Positions 10,098-21,564 are shown, counted from the first letter of the whole stretch. The stretch: 63,952 nt of DNA, filler included, from Candidatus Woesearchaeota archaeon (GCA_047603125.1; 6 parts of 6 records of this genome joined end to end with filler, not necessarily neighbours in it), one strand, 5' to 3'. Notes: a model not told the origin generated them from the letters alone. Made by a program: numbers and translations.

Positions 10098-10868
10098 ATG
10101 AAGACGATAAAGGAGTATGCCAAAAATGGTATGAAAGATTTATATAATCGGCCGCATCATGTTTTATTAGTATTCATTCTTGTTGTTGCAATGTTATCTT
10201 TTTTCTTTTTCTTTCAAGGCCTTATTACAAATGCTTCGGACACAGGAATGTTAGACGTTGCACTCATAATTATAGGGACACGTGTGCAAGAAGTGACTCA
10301 ACAAGCTGGTGATCCTGTATTTGTACAGCAAAATCCTAATATGAGTCCCATTGATGTTTTATTTTCTGATCCGCTCATACGAAGTGCGTTCTACAGGATA
10401 GTATTTGCATTTTCTTTTTTGTTATTACTTGTATACACATGCGCAGTCACGTTTCAGTATGCAATTTTTCGACTATTGCAAAGAAAAGTTCACTCTTGGC
10501 GTGCGTATGCGACATTACTTGCTAAATGGGTTGCGTTATTTGCGGTGTGTCGCTTTTTCCTTTTACTTATTTCGCTGTTTTTTGTTGCAACACAACAAAC
10601 AGTATTTGGATTTGATATTTTGCACTTGACCACTATTTTTGATATTGTCTTTTTATTTTTCGTTCTCAATTCCATTCGCCGTCATTCGTTTAAGCGAGCG
10701 TTTACTAAACCTGCACCGTTTATTTATATTTACGTCGGTGTTTTTGCAGCATTTTTTCTATTATACCAATTGTCCTTATTTTACACTCCGCTACTTGGGT
10801 TGTTTGGACATGTAATTAGTGCAATACTCTTATTTTTTCTCTATGTGGTGATGCTCTATGATTGGTAA
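10098..10868 (+). CDS. Multi-pass membrane protein
   Basis: About 6 TM segments; TATA-like TTTATAAA upstream. Confidence 0.75.
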   Translation: MKTIKEYAKNGMKDLYNRPHHVLLVFILVVAMLSFFFFFQGLITNASDTGMLDVALIIIGTRVQEVTQQAGDPVFVQQNPNMSPIDVLFSDPLIRSAFYRIVFAFSFLLLLVYTCAVTFQYAIFRLLQRKVHSWRAYATLLAKWVALFAVCRFFLLLISLFFVATQQTVFGFDILHLTTIFDIVFLFFVLNSIRRHSFKRAFTKPAPFIYIYVGVFAAFFLLYQLSLFYTPLLGLFGHVISAILLFFLYVVMLYDW

Positions 10869-11412
10869 GGCGCTTTTAGCACTCTTTGTTGTATTTACTA
10901 TTGCGCTATTTGCACTTCCTTACATTGCACCGTTTGAATTTGAGCAAGAGACAATCGTGAATGAAGTTTTTGATTCGAACACGGTTGGGATGTTTTTTTT
11001 CACTGATTTTTCGTGCTCATATTGCCGTGAAACAGCAGATATTCTTGCAACATCGCAAGTACAGTATGTAATCAGACATTTTCCACAACAACCTTCATCT
11101 TATCAAAAAGCATACATGTATGAGTGTTCCAAACAATTTGGCCTTGAACCTGAATTTCGAAATGCGCTTTACACACGAACAGTCTCACAAATGTTTGAGG
11201 AGTTTAATCTTGATCAGCGAGAATTTACACACTGTATGGAATCACAATCGGTTCGATTACAAGTAGAGCGAGATGTTTTCCACGCACGTGCGCTAGAACT
11301 CGCAGGAACGCCCAGCACAGTGTTTGTGAATACCAACACACTAGAGCTTGATATTTTAACGGGAGTAAAGTCGCAATCGGTTTATGAGTCGTATTTTGCA
11401 AAATATTCTTAA
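10858..11412 (+). CDS. Membrane-anchored DsbA/thioredoxin-fold protein
   Basis: CSYC active site, RHFP and GTPS motifs. Confidence 0.85.
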   Translation: MIGKALLALFVVFTIALFALPYIAPFEFEQETIVNEVFDSNTVGMFFFTDFSCSYCRETADILATSQVQYVIRHFPQQPSSYQKAYMYECSKQFGLEPEFRNALYTRTVSQMFEEFNLDQREFTHCMESQSVRLQVERDVFHARALELAGTPSTVFVNTNTLELDILTGVKSQSVYESYFAKYS

Positions 11413-11435
11413 AGGGTGACTGCTTAAAATTGAGC

Positions 11436-12926
11436 ATGAAAAAGTTTACCACAAAAAAAATTGCCATAACAACTGGCTCAATTCTTATTTGTATGCTTCA
11501 TCAAAAAGATGCAGCATTATTACATGTCAAACCGGGTGATCGTGTTGTTGTTCAATCGGGTCGGGCAAAAATTACGTGTATTGTAGATTTTGGAACTTTA
11601 GTAAAGCCAGGTGAAGTAGGACTATTTGAGGATGTACTCAAAAAATTTCCTGCAAAAAACACTGTGACTGTTTCGATTTTGCCAAAACCAAGAGCTGTAT
11701 TTGCAATTGCAAAAAAACTGCGAGGAGAAATTCTTAGCGCAAAAGAAATGCAAGAGATTGTTCGTGCTATTTCTCATAATGAACTTACTGATGTGGAGTT
11801 GACGTATTTTGTCAGTGCGTGCTATGTTCATGAATTAACGAAAAATGAAATTGTTTGGTTAACACAAGCAATGATTGATCGTGGTGATAGACTTTCCTAT
11901 AATACGAAAAAACCGATTCTTGACAAACATTGTATTGGCGGTGTTCCAGGAAATAGAACGACTGCAGTTGTTGTTCCTATAATAGCAGCAGCAGGATATT
12001 ACATTCCAAAAACAAGTTCTCGCTCTATAACGAGTCCGGCAGGAACAAGCGATACAATCGAAGTACTGGCAAATGTGAGTTTAAGTGCCAAGGACATTCA
12101 AAAAACAGTCAAAAAAGTCGGCGGTTGTTTAGTCTGGGGGGGTGCACTTGATTTAGCACCTGCAGATGATAAAATAATTAAAGTTGAACACCCTATGTCT
12201 CTTGATCCAACAGGGCAATTAATTGCAAGTATTCTTGCAAAGAAAAAGTCGGTTGGGTCTACTCATGTTCTTATTGATATTCCTGTTGGTAAGCATGCAA
12301 AGATAGAGAGTATGAAAAAAGCAAAGCTCTTGCAAGAATTATTTGTTGTTATTGGAAAAAAATTAGGAATGCGTGTGAATGCGATTATTACTGATGGTTC
12401 CCAGCCGATTGGAAGAGGAATAGGTCCGGCACTAGAAGCAAGAGATATTTTACTCACACTCAAAAATGATCCTGCAGGAAGTTCGTACTTGAAGAAAAAG
12501 GCGATTACACTGGCTGGCGATTTATTAGATATGGTACAAAAAAAACGTGATGGAAAAACGTGGGCGCAAGAATTATTTGATAGTGGCAAAGCATATGATA
12601 AATTTATTGAGATTATGCAAGCACAGGGTGCTGTAATTAATCCATTAACGCCAGAGAATGTACCTATGGCAAAACACAAAAAACTTTTGCGTGCTTCAAA
12701 GTCTGGTTATATACAACACATTAATAATAAAGAAATATCGCGCATTGCCGTACTCTTAGGTGCGCCGTCAGACATTACTGCAGGTTTGTACTTACATGTT
12801 CGTGCAAAAACAAAAGTAAAAAAAGGAGATGTTTTGTATGAGTTATATAGTTCAAGCAAAACAAAATTACAAAATGCATTTACGTATGCAACACAATCAA
12901 GTGCGTATACAATTACACGAAAATGA
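11436..12926 (+). CDS. AMP phosphorylase (thymidine phosphorylase family)
   Basis: DKHCIGGVPGN, KTSSRSITSPAGT, LAPADD motifs; N-terminal extra domain. Confidence 0.92.
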   Translation: MKKFTTKKIAITTGSILICMLHQKDAALLHVKPGDRVVVQSGRAKITCIVDFGTLVKPGEVGLFEDVLKKFPAKNTVTVSILPKPRAVFAIAKKLRGEILSAKEMQEIVRAISHNELTDVELTYFVSACYVHELTKNEIVWLTQAMIDRGDRLSYNTKKPILDKHCIGGVPGNRTTAVVVPIIAAAGYYIPKTSSRSITSPAGTSDTIEVLANVSLSAKDIQKTVKKVGGCLVWGGALDLAPADDKIIKVEHPMSLDPTGQLIASILAKKKSVGSTHVLIDIPVGKHAKIESMKKAKLLQELFVVIGKKLGMRVNAIITDGSQPIGRGIGPALEARDILLTLKNDPAGSSYLKKKAITLAGDLLDMVQKKRDGKTWAQELFDSGKAYDKFIEIMQAQGAVINPLTPENVPMAKHKKLLRASKSGYIQHINNKEISRIAVLLGAPSDITAGLYLHVRAKTKVKKGDVLYELYSSSKTKLQNAFTYATQSSAYTITRK

Positions 12927-12937
12927 ACCTTGTTAAC

Positions 12938-13037
12938 NNNNNNNNNNNNNNNNNNNNNNNNNNNNNNNNNNNNNNNNNNNNTTAATTAATTAANNNNNNN
13001 NNNNNNNNNNNNNNNNNNNNNNNNNNNNNNNNNNNNN
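12938..13037. other. Artificial contig spacer
   Basis: N run with TTAATTAATTAA core, 100 nt. Confidence 0.98.
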
Positions 13038-13159
13038 AAATCTATAAAACTTTCGGTTTTTACTAAAATTTATTAAAAATTAAGAAATAGTAGACTTTTT
13101 ACTTACATAATTTAACAATATTTAAATATGAGCACTTTATAGGTCAGTTTAGTGATACA

Positions 13160-13906
13160 ATGAAATATATACATATATTTCTACTAGGTTTTGCTGCGAT
13201 CTTTTTAGTCGCATGTGGCACTGAGACACCAGTGCTGCCTGATACAACGCCGGTAGATGGACAGATTCCACAAGAGCAAATTCAAACACAAATACCTGAT
13301 CAAGAGCAGATTGGTGAACAGCCGCAAATTGAAATGCAGCTTCCACCGCAGCCGGAGCTTCCTGATGTTGATCCAAGTACTGTTGTTGCAACAGTTAATG
13401 GTCAAGAAATTACACAAGAGCAAGTTAATGAAGTTATTATTGGTGTAATGCAACAACAAGGACAGCAGATTAGTTCTCAAGAAGCACTAGAACAAGTCAT
13501 ATATATGCAATTGCTAATGGAGTACGCACAAGAGCAAAGCATTGTCGTAAGTCGAGAACAAGCAGAAGCGTTCTTAGCTGAGCAATTAGAACCAATGGGT
13601 CAAACACTTGAAGAATATGAACAAGCGATTGTTGCACAAGGTGTTGATTTAGAAATCTATTACGCGCAAGTACAAGAGCAACTTGCAGTTGAGCAAATTT
13701 TTGATCAGCTTGTTATTGAACCAGTAGCAGAAGAAGAGATTCGTGCATTTTATGAACAAAATCTTGAGTTTATTGATGAAGAAGTTACTTATGAGCAAAT
13801 TCGACCAGAAATTGAGATGCTTATTGAGCAAAACCGCTTAGAAATTGCATTAAATGAATTTCTCTTGCAATTGCAAGAATCAGCTCAAATAGAAATGATG
13901 CAATAA
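13160..13906 (+). CDS. Lipoprotein with SurA N-terminal-like chaperone domain
   Basis: Lipobox LVAC, P/Q-rich linker, VATVNGQEIT motif; very acidic; no parvulin domain seen. Confidence 0.75.
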   Translation: MKYIHIFLLGFAAIFLVACGTETPVLPDTTPVDGQIPQEQIQTQIPDQEQIGEQPQIEMQLPPQPELPDVDPSTVVATVNGQEITQEQVNEVIIGVMQQQGQQISSQEALEQVIYMQLLMEYAQEQSIVVSREQAEAFLAEQLEPMGQTLEEYEQAIVAQGVDLEIYYAQVQEQLAVEQIFDQLVIEPVAEEEIRAFYEQNLEFIDEEVTYEQIRPEIEMLIEQNRLEIALNEFLLQLQESAQIEMMQ

Positions 13907-13932
13907 TTGCATCTTTTTCTTTATTTTTTTAT

Positions 13933-13989
13933 TATCTCAGATTTTTTCGATCTCATCATATATCAGACGGAGAAAACTTCATCATCGAT
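13933..13989 (-). ncRNA. Box C/D methylation-guide sRNA
   Basis: Minus strand ATGATGA-AGTTTTCTCCGT-CTGA-TAT-ATGATGA-GATCGAAAAAAT-CTGA: perfect C, D', C', D boxes, two 12-nt guides, TTTATAAA about 22 nt upstream. Confidence 0.85.
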
Positions 13990-14072
13990 GCAATGTGTAT
14001 CCCAGTTCCATTTATAAACATACTGCAAAAAAAGGAGTATATTTAAATAAACAGAGGTAGTTTTCACAAATC

Positions 14073-15482
14073 ATGCTCGGAAAATTAGGTGATTCTTTAA
14101 AAGGAGTCATGTCACGGATATCGCAAGCAGTTTTTGTAGATGATTCGCTTATTAATGAACTTGTTAAAGATTTACAACGTTCTTTACTGCAAGCAGATGT
14201 AAATGTTAAAGCTGTTTTAGCAATTGCGCAACAAATTAAAGAGCGCATAAAGACTGAAAAAACACCAACAGGGCTTACTAAAAAAGACCATTTGGTTCAT
14301 ATTCTCTATGAAGAGCTCTCAAATTTACTTGGTGGAGAATTTACTCCAATTACTATCACACGTCCAAATAAGCATACACCATTTACATTCATGCTCGTTG
14401 GGCTTTTTGGTGCAGGAAAAACTACAACGGCCGGAAAACTGGCAAAGTATTATGCTAAGCGCGGATTTAAAGTAGCACTTGTCTCAACAGATACATGGCG
14501 ACCAGCAGCGTTTGAGCAATTAAAGCAAACTGGCGAGAAAATTCATGTTCCTGTTTTTGGCGATCCAACACAAAAAGATCCGGTTAAACTTTATCAATCA
14601 TTACAAAAACAATTAGTGGAATTTGATATTGTCATTGTGGATACGGCAGGTCGTGATGCACTTAATGATGAGTTAATTCAAGAAATTGATGGATTAACAA
14701 AAGTGGTGAATCCTCAAGAAGTTCTTTTGACAATGAGTGCAGATATTGGTCAAACGGCCAAAGATCAAGCACAGGCATTTAAAGATACTTGCGGGGTTAG
14801 CGGGCTTATTATTACCAAACTCGATGGTACGGCAAAAGGTGGCGGTGCTCTAACTGCTGCAGCGATTACGCAGGCTCCGGTGAAATTTATTGGTATTGGT
14901 GAAAAAGTTGATGATTTTGAAGAGTTTAAAGCAAAAAACTTTGTTGGGCAACTCTTAGGAATGGGGGACTTTGAAAAATTACTCACAAAGGTTGAAGACG
15001 CTTTTGAAGGAGAAGACGTGCAAGATCTTTCTAAACGACTACTTAAAGGAGAATTTACACTTATAGACTTATATGATCAAATGAAGGCTGTCAAAAAAAT
15101 GGGTCCGCTCACCAAAGTTTTAGATTTAATACCTGGAATGGGTAGTGCGCAGCTTCCAAAAGAGGCAATTCAAGTACAAGAAGAAAAAATTGTTCTCTGG
15201 AAGTATATTATGGATTCATGTACAAAAAAAGAGCTTGAAGATCCCTCTATTATGTCAACATCTCGAATACAACGTATTGCAAAGGGGAGTGGGACAAATG
15301 AGCGAGATGTTCGCGATTTACTCAAACACTACAAGCAATCAAAAAAGATGGTTCGTGCACTCAAAGGTATGGGCAGCTTAGATTCTGAAAAACCCGTCAA
15401 TGAAAAACAAATGCAAAAAATGATGCGCAAAATGGGTAATACCAAAAATGTCATGAAGCAGTTTATGAAAGGCGGAAGATAA
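14073..15482 (+). CDS. srp54: Signal recognition particle protein SRP54
   Basis: GLFGAGKTT, DTWRPAA, DTAGR, TKLDG motifs; M domain RIAKGSG. Confidence 0.97.
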   Translation: MLGKLGDSLKGVMSRISQAVFVDDSLINELVKDLQRSLLQADVNVKAVLAIAQQIKERIKTEKTPTGLTKKDHLVHILYEELSNLLGGEFTPITITRPNKHTPFTFMLVGLFGAGKTTTAGKLAKYYAKRGFKVALVSTDTWRPAAFEQLKQTGEKIHVPVFGDPTQKDPVKLYQSLQKQLVEFDIVIVDTAGRDALNDELIQEIDGLTKVVNPQEVLLTMSADIGQTAKDQAQAFKDTCGVSGLIITKLDGTAKGGGALTAAAITQAPVKFIGIGEKVDDFEEFKAKNFVGQLLGMGDFEKLLTKVEDAFEGEDVQDLSKRLLKGEFTLIDLYDQMKAVKKMGPLTKVLDLIPGMGSAQLPKEAIQVQEEKIVLWKYIMDSCTKKELEDPSIMSTSRIQRIAKGSGTNERDVRDLLKHYKQSKKMVRALKGMGSLDSEKPVNEKQMQKMMRKMGNTKNVMKQFMKGGR

Positions 15483-15545
15483 AAACACTACTTTCTAGGG
15501 ACGATAATAAAAACATTTATAAATGAGCTTTCTTTATTTTTGATA

Positions 15546-16067
15546 ATGAATTTTGTAAAACGAACATACCCGGGTATGAGCCTTGAGGAATTTGAGACGA
15601 CTATGCGCTTAGTCAAACAACAAGCATGTCAGCGACAAGCGAGTCACACATTATTTACTCATGTAAGTTTTATACCAGAGCCTCATAATTATGATTTCTT
15701 TCTTAGACGATGTGATTCATCACCTATTGCGTTAGTTAGTCACTACGATATTAATCAATTTGAGTATGAATCTCAAATCATGGATTTTTTACAAGAAACA
15801 TTAGACGTTGATGAACAAACAATTAATTGTTGGAATAATGTAGACTCACTGCAACGATATCTTGCTCCAGCAAAAATAGGGGTTTTACATGGTATACGAA
15901 GTTTTGAAAATAATTTTGCAAGAAAGTATCTTTTAGAAGATTTATTGCCAACTGCTGATAGCTGGTTTTTACTTGATTGTTCTCATAAAGACGGCTTTTA
16001 CTCACGTCTTGGGTTTACAAATACATTTATGTACAGTACACGTTGTGAACCGGTTCTTGAGCGATAA
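15546..16067 (+). CDS. Hypothetical protein
   Basis: Fills the gap between srp54 and eno; TTTATAAA upstream. Confidence 0.6.
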   Translation: MNFVKRTYPGMSLEEFETTMRLVKQQACQRQASHTLFTHVSFIPEPHNYDFFLRRCDSSPIALVSHYDINQFEYESQIMDFLQETLDVDEQTINCWNNVDSLQRYLAPAKIGVLHGIRSFENNFARKYLLEDLLPTADSWFLLDCSHKDGFYSRLGFTNTFMYSTRCEPVLER

Positions 16068-16150
16068 TATATGACAAAGCAGTATAATTTCCTTTTGTCT
16101 AAAATTAATCAATCACAATACTTAAAAAGACAGTTATCTCAAAGACAGGT

Positions 16151-17434
16151 ATGATTATACAAAATATTCATGCACGGCAAGTTTTTGATTCTCGAGGCAA
16201 TCCAACAGTTGAAGTAGAACTGATAACACAACAAGGAGTATTTCGCAGTATTGTTCCTAGTGGTGCAAGTACGGGTAAACATGAAGCGCATGAATTGCGT
16301 GATGGTAAAAAGGCGTATTTAGGAAAAGGTGTCTTGCAAGCAGTAAAAAATGTTAACACGGTTATAAAAAAAGAATTCTGCGGAGATGATTGTACGAATC
16401 AAAAAGCAATCGATCGAAAATTATGCAAACTTGATGGAACAAAAAACAAAAAAAAGTTAGGCGCAAATGCAATCCTAGGCGTTTCAATGGCAGTTGCAAA
16501 AGCAGGAGCTGCAGCAAAAGAGCTGCCACTCTACAAGTATATTGGGCAACTTGCCGGAACCAAAAAAATTTGTCTGCCTGTTCCTTGTATGAATATTATT
16601 AATGGAGGCGAGCATGCCGATAATAGTTTAGATGTACAAGAATTTATGATTATTCCAACAGGAGCTACATCATTTTCTCAAGCAATGAAGATGGGAACAG
16701 AAGTGTATCATATTCTCAAAAATATTATAAAACAACAATTTGGCGCGGGTGCCACGGGTGTTGGAGATGAAGGAGGGTTTGCACCTAATGTTCAAAGTAC
16801 AGAACATGCAATAGCACTTATAGAAACGGCAATACAAACGGCAGGATATACAGGGAAAATTCGCATAGGACTTGATGCAGCAGCCTCAGAGTTTTATTCA
16901 AGAAAAAAATATGCATATCAAGGAAAAACAATAACTGGTGAGCAGTTAGCAAAAGAATATAGTGTATTAGCAAAAAAACATTCCATTATTAGCATAGAAG
17001 ATCCCTTTGATCAAGATGATTTTGTCCATCATAGTCAGCTTGTAAAAAATATGAAAGCGCACTGTCAAATTGTTGGAGACGATTTACTTGTGACAAATGT
17101 CTCACGAATGAAACTTGCACACAAAAAAAAGGCATGTACAGCATTACTATTAAAAATTAATCAAATTGGAACAATTAGTCAGGCAATTGATGCGGCAAAA
17201 TTAGCACAGTCATATAAATGGAATGTGATGGTTTCTCATAGAAGTGGCGAGACTGAGGACACGTTTATCGCAGATTTAGTTGTAGGTCTAGGCGTTGGAC
17301 AATTAAAATCAGGTGCACCTTGTCGAAGTGAACGTATGGCTAAGTATAACCAACTTTTACGCATTGAAGAAGAATTGAAAAAACAAGCAGTATACCCAGG
17401 ATTATCAGCCTTTAATAACGCCAAACGGGCATAA
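16151..17434 (+). CDS. eno: Enolase
   Basis: [27 protein letters not shown] motifs. Confidence 0.98.
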   Translation: MIIQNIHARQVFDSRGNPTVEVELITQQGVFRSIVPSGASTGKHEAHELRDGKKAYLGKGVLQAVKNVNTVIKKEFCGDDCTNQKAIDRKLCKLDGTKNKKKLGANAILGVSMAVAKAGAAAKELPLYKYIGQLAGTKKICLPVPCMNIINGGEHADNSLDVQEFMIIPTGATSFSQAMKMGTEVYHILKNIIKQQFGAGATGVGDEGGFAPNVQSTEHAIALIETAIQTAGYTGKIRIGLDAAASEFYSRKKYAYQGKTITGEQLAKEYSVLAKKHSIISIEDPFDQDDFVHHSQLVKNMKAHCQIVGDDLLVTNVSRMKLAHKKKACTALLLKINQIGTISQAIDAAKLAQSYKWNVMVSHRSGETEDTFIADLVVGLGVGQLKSGAPCRSERMAKYNQLLRIEEELKKQAVYPGLSAFNNAKRA

Positions 17435-18814
17435 TTGCACAATTTTTTTTGCAATATTTGCTTGGACACTGACATCAATAACTTGTAATGAATCCTTATA
17501 TGCCCCTGGAGACTCATCAGCAATTTTCGCATTATTTGGTGATTTAATAAATATCCCTTTCTCTTCTAACTGTTTACTAATTGTCAGACCATCAAATTCT
17601 TTAAAAGCTTTTACACGTGACATGATTCTTCCAGCACCATGTGCAGTTGAGCCAAATGTTTGCTCCATTGCTTTTTGTGTACCAACAAGAACAAAACTTG
17701 GTGTACCCATACTACCCGGAATGAGCACGGGATGGCCTGTTTGTTTATAACAATCAGGAAGGTCTTGGTGATGGGCAGGAAATGCTCGTGTTGCACCTTT
17801 TCGATGAACAAGAACCGTTTTTGTCTCATTTAAAACAGTATGTGTTTCAAATTTTGCAATGTTATGTGCAACATCATAGACTGATTGAATGTGACAATCT
17901 GGGAAAAAGGATTTGAGTACTTGCTTGACTTGATACCCCATTAAGAAACGATTCACCCACGCAAAATTTGCACATGCATTCATTGCTTGTAAATAGTCTT
18001 GTGCAAGTGTATCGGAGAGTGGCGCATAAATAAGGTCTTTTTCTTGTAATGTTTGTACAATATCCGGGTATGCCTTTTCCATTTCCCGTAAATAATGTGC
18101 GCAAGTTTGATGGCCGATTCCTCGTGAGCCACTATGAATCATGACCACTATTTGGTTTGGTTGTGTGATGCCAAAAGTTTTTGCAATTTCTTTGTCAAAA
18201 ATGTCTTCTACAACCTGTAATTCAATAAAGTGATTGCCCGCACCAAGTGTTGCAAGTTGGTGCATACCCCGCTGTTTTGCTTTGAGTGGAACAGCACTTG
18301 CACTTGCAGGTAATTTTCCTGAATTTTCACAGCGCTCCAAATCGTCTTGGCTCGCATAGCCTTTTTTATGTGCCCAAAACAATCCTTGCTCAAGAACTTC
18401 ATCGAGTTCTTGCAGTGAGAGTCGAAAGAATCCTTTTCCCCCTTGGCCAACGGGTACTTTTTGATATATGGATTCTAAGATTTCTTGCATTTTTGGCAGT
18501 ACTTGCTCTTTTGTTAGTGTGGTTGCAATGAGTCGAACACCGCAATTAATATCAAATCCAATTCCTCCAGGCGAGACAATACCTGTTTTTGCATCAAAGG
18601 CCCCCACACAACCAATTGGAAACCCATAGCCTTGATGTGCGTCTTGCAAGAGAACGCAAGGTGTCTGAATTCCAGGCAGACTTGCAACATTTTTTGCTTG
18701 TGTGAGCGCTGTTTGAATTGTCGGTAAAATATGCTCATTTGCATAAACCTGTACGGGTACTTGCATACCGGACTCTTTTTCAATGCTATAGGTATTTTTT
18801 TGTATCTGTTTCAT
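17405..18814 (-). CDS. rtcB: RNA ligase RtcB
   Basis: [31 protein letters not shown] motifs. Confidence 0.97.
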   Translation of the reverse strand: MKQIQKNTYSIEKESGMQVPVQVYANEHILPTIQTALTQAKNVASLPGIQTPCVLLQDAHQGYGFPIGCVGAFDAKTGIVSPGGIGFDINCGVRLIATTLTKEQVLPKMQEILESIYQKVPVGQGGKGFFRLSLQELDEVLEQGLFWAHKKGYASQDDLERCENSGKLPASASAVPLKAKQRGMHQLATLGAGNHFIELQVVEDIFDKEIAKTFGITQPNQIVVMIHSGSRGIGHQTCAHYLREMEKAYPDIVQTLQEKDLIYAPLSDTLAQDYLQAMNACANFAWVNRFLMGYQVKQVLKSFFPDCHIQSVYDVAHNIAKFETHTVLNETKTVLVHRKGATRAFPAHHQDLPDCYKQTGHPVLIPGSMGTPSFVLVGTQKAMEQTFGSTAHGAGRIMSRVKAFKEFDGLTISKQLEEKGIFIKSPNNAKIADESPGAYKDSLQVIDVSVQANIAKKIVQLCPFGVIKG

Positions 18815-21186
18815 TCTATGACACTCACCGTATCTTTTTTTTGCACATGAATGATGTGCTCAACAAAGGTTTCAACTTTTTGTTCATGGCTGACAATGAG
18901 TATTTGCTTTGCATGCAATTCTTTTAACACATCTCGAATGCGATCGAGTTGTTGGGATGAAAAACCGTCCGTTGGCTCATCTAAAATCAGCAGGGATTGT
19001 GTTTGTAATTGTGAATGTGACATGTGCAACACTGTGTTTAGTGCAAGTCTATATGCAAGTGCGACACTTGTTTTTTCTCCACCACTTAAATATTCGACGG
19101 GTATTGCATGGCCATTTTGACTGATAACTGGCGAAAATTGCTCATCCAGATACCCTTGTATGGAATCATCTTCGATAAGCATGTCAAACCAGTGAGAAAA
19201 TAAAGAACTACATTGTGCATGAACTTCTTGAAAAGTATGGATTTCTAATTGTTCTAAGAGTGGAATGAAAAATTCTTTTATCCATCGTTGTTTTTTTTCT
19301 AATCGCCTTTTTTTCTTTTCAATAGTTTGCTGTTTTTGCTTTTGTTCTTGTAATTTTTCAAATGCTATTTTTGCTTGTGAGAGTTGAACAGTATTTTTTT
19401 GCAGTTCTATTTCTTGTTCATGAAGAGTTTGTTTGTACAGTTGTTGCTGTTTTTCTCTTTCTTGAACTTTTTGTGTTTGTTTTTTAAAATTCTCATGATC
19501 AAAAGGTATATGGTTTGCCTTTAATTGCTCAATCATTTGCTGTGTTGTTTTTTTGAGCTCGTGTTTTTCTTGTAATATATTTATGAGTGTAGTATACTCT
19601 TGTTTTTTTTGTTCATATTCTTTGGATAATTGTATTTGTTTTTTGTTTTTTTCAAGGGTTTCTTGTAATTGGTTGAGTTGTTGGTCGTAAATTTTTGTGT
19701 GTAATTGAGAAATATCTTTATCAGTTTGCTCTACATCTTGGTGCAATTTAGTAAAATCTGGAAAATCATTTAGCCGTTGATTGATGTGTACAAGCTCTTG
19801 TTTTGCAAGTTCTTGTTTGTGTTCAAGTTGTTTTTGTTCTTTAAGTTTGGATTCGAGTCTTTGCATGGATTGTGTAAGCGTATTTATTTGATCAATAAGC
19901 GTTTCTTTTGTTTGCGTATTTTTTGTTTGAATTGCATGAATATGGTTTTTTGTTATTGGCTGAAAACATGTCGGGCATGAATCTTTTTCACGTAAAGAAA
20001 AAATCTCGTTTATGGTTTCTAGTTGCGCCTTTTTTTGATGAAATGTTTGTTTGAGGTTTTCAAGTGCAGTTTCTGTTAGTTTGCTGTCTTGTATTTTTTG
20101 CTCGGTGATTTTCTGTAATTCTTGCTTTTTATTCTCAAGTTGTTTTTGTTGTTCTTTTTTTGCTAATTGGTCTAAAAGTTGTTGTTTATGTTCTTGTAAT
20201 CGAGAACGTTTTTCTTGCACTTGTTGTTTTTGTAAGATTATTTGACTTTTTTTTGATTCTAATAAGCTGTTTTTTTCATATAATTCGTCTACAAGATGTT
20301 CTGGCTTTTGCAATTGTTCGAATTCTTGTTTTTTTGCTATTTGGTGCTCGATAGTCGTTTGTAATTGCTCTAATGAGACTTTTTTTTCTTGCAATTGCTT
20401 TTTGAAGAATTCTTCCTCCTGGCGTTGTTTTTCAAGGGTTTGTAATAGCTCTTTTTCTAATTGTAGTTCTTGAGCAATTTCATGTTCTTTTTTTTGCGCT
20501 TCTTGTTTTTTTTGTATTATTTTTTGTTTTTGAGATTCTAATTCATTCATTGTTTGCTTTTGTGAGCTTATTTGCTCATCCACATCAACAAAGAGTGAGA
20601 GCTCACCTGAAAGAAACATCATCTGTTCTCTTAAGGCCCGTGCACCAATTTGTACATTGGACTTAACTGTTTTATATGTCTCAATGCCAAAGAGAATACG
20701 AAGTGTTTCTTGGCGCACATCTGTTTTTTCAAACAAAATAGATTTCATCGAGTCTTGGCTTGTGTATGTTGTATATCTGTATAATAAATTTTTTTGTGTT
20801 ATATATGTTGGATATCCAAAGAGTTCAAGAATTTTTGCTCGAAGCTGTGTCGGGGTGAGTTTGTGCTCAACGCCATCTTTAATAAAAAGGCAATTTGTCT
20901 GTGCAACACCTTGCTTTGTTTTTTGTAATCCTCGCTCAATACTATATTGATGATTGTTTAGTATAAATGATAAGCGAACCCGCGCCTGTGTTGTATTTAC
21001 TCGCAACAGAGCTTGTCCATCTAGGTCGGTTCGAATCGTTCCAAAAAAAGCAAATTCGATGCATTGGAGCAATGTTGTTTTTCCTGCACCAATATCGCCA
21101 CTTAACAGAGTAATTCCATCTTGAAATTGTACTAGTGCAGACTCAAAACTACGAATATTTTCAATTTCAAGCTCTCGTAATTGCAT
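18811..21186 (-). CDS. rad50: Rad50/SbcC SMC-family ATPase
   Basis: Walker A GDIGAGKT, coiled coil with CPTC zinc hook, LSGGE signature, LDEPT Walker B. Confidence 0.9.
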   Translation of the reverse strand: MQLRELEIENIRSFESALVQFQDGITLLSGDIGAGKTTLLQCIEFAFFGTIRTDLDGQALLRVNTTQARVRLSFILNNHQYSIERGLQKTKQGVAQTNCLFIKDGVEHKLTPTQLRAKILELFGYPTYITQKNLLYRYTTYTSQDSMKSILFEKTDVRQETLRILFGIETYKTVKSNVQIGARALREQMMFLSGELSLFVDVDEQISSQKQTMNELESQKQKIIQKKQEAQKKEHEIAQELQLEKELLQTLEKQRQEEEFFKKQLQEKKVSLEQLQTTIEHQIAKKQEFEQLQKPEHLVDELYEKNSLLESKKSQIILQKQQVQEKRSRLQEHKQQLLDQLAKKEQQKQLENKKQELQKITEQKIQDSKLTETALENLKQTFHQKKAQLETINEIFSLREKDSCPTCFQPITKNHIHAIQTKNTQTKETLIDQINTLTQSMQRLESKLKEQKQLEHKQELAKQELVHINQRLNDFPDFTKLHQDVEQTDKDISQLHTKIYDQQLNQLQETLEKNKKQIQLSKEYEQKKQEYTTLINILQEKHELKKTTQQMIEQLKANHIPFDHENFKKQTQKVQEREKQQQLYKQTLHEQEIELQKNTVQLSQAKIAFEKLQEQKQKQQTIEKKKRRLEKKQRWIKEFFIPLLEQLEIHTFQEVHAQCSSLFSHWFDMLIEDDSIQGYLDEQFSPVISQNGHAIPVEYLSGGEKTSVALAYRLALNTVLHMSHSQLQTQSLLILDEPTDGFSSQQLDRIRDVLKELHAKQILIVSHEQKVETFVEHIIHVQKKDTVSVIE

Positions 21187-21217
21187 GGATATGAGAAGAG
21201 ACTGTCTTATATATACT

Positions 21218-21493
21218 TTATGCTAATGCTTTTTGTGCAGTTTTTGCAAATTGTGCGTTTTTTTTGACTAAATCAGCAATCGCTTTTTTCAATTCATCTT
21301 TTGGCGAACCAGATTTGACTTCAACAATCATTTTTGGCTTTCCAATAAGTGGATGATCAATTGAATATGCTGCTGCACTGATTGCACTCTGAGACCACAG
21401 CTGATCGACAAGTGCATTGCAAATTGTATGATCTGCACCATCTATTTCTATGTGTAAACGTGATTTTGATTCTTCAAGGACAGTAATTTTCAT
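21218..21493 (-). CDS. rpoL: RNA polymerase subunit L (Rpo11)
   Basis: GADHTICNAL and AYSIDHPL motifs. Confidence 0.93.
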   Translation of the reverse strand: MKITVLEESKSRLHIEIDGADHTICNALVDQLWSQSAISAAAYSIDHPLIGKPKMIVEVKSGSPKDELKKAIADLVKKNAQFAKTAQKALA

Positions 21494-21564
21494 GTATTCA
21501 CCAAGTGAGGAAAATACTGTTTTATTTAAAAAACTTTTGTTTCCATAATTGACAACATTAAAAA

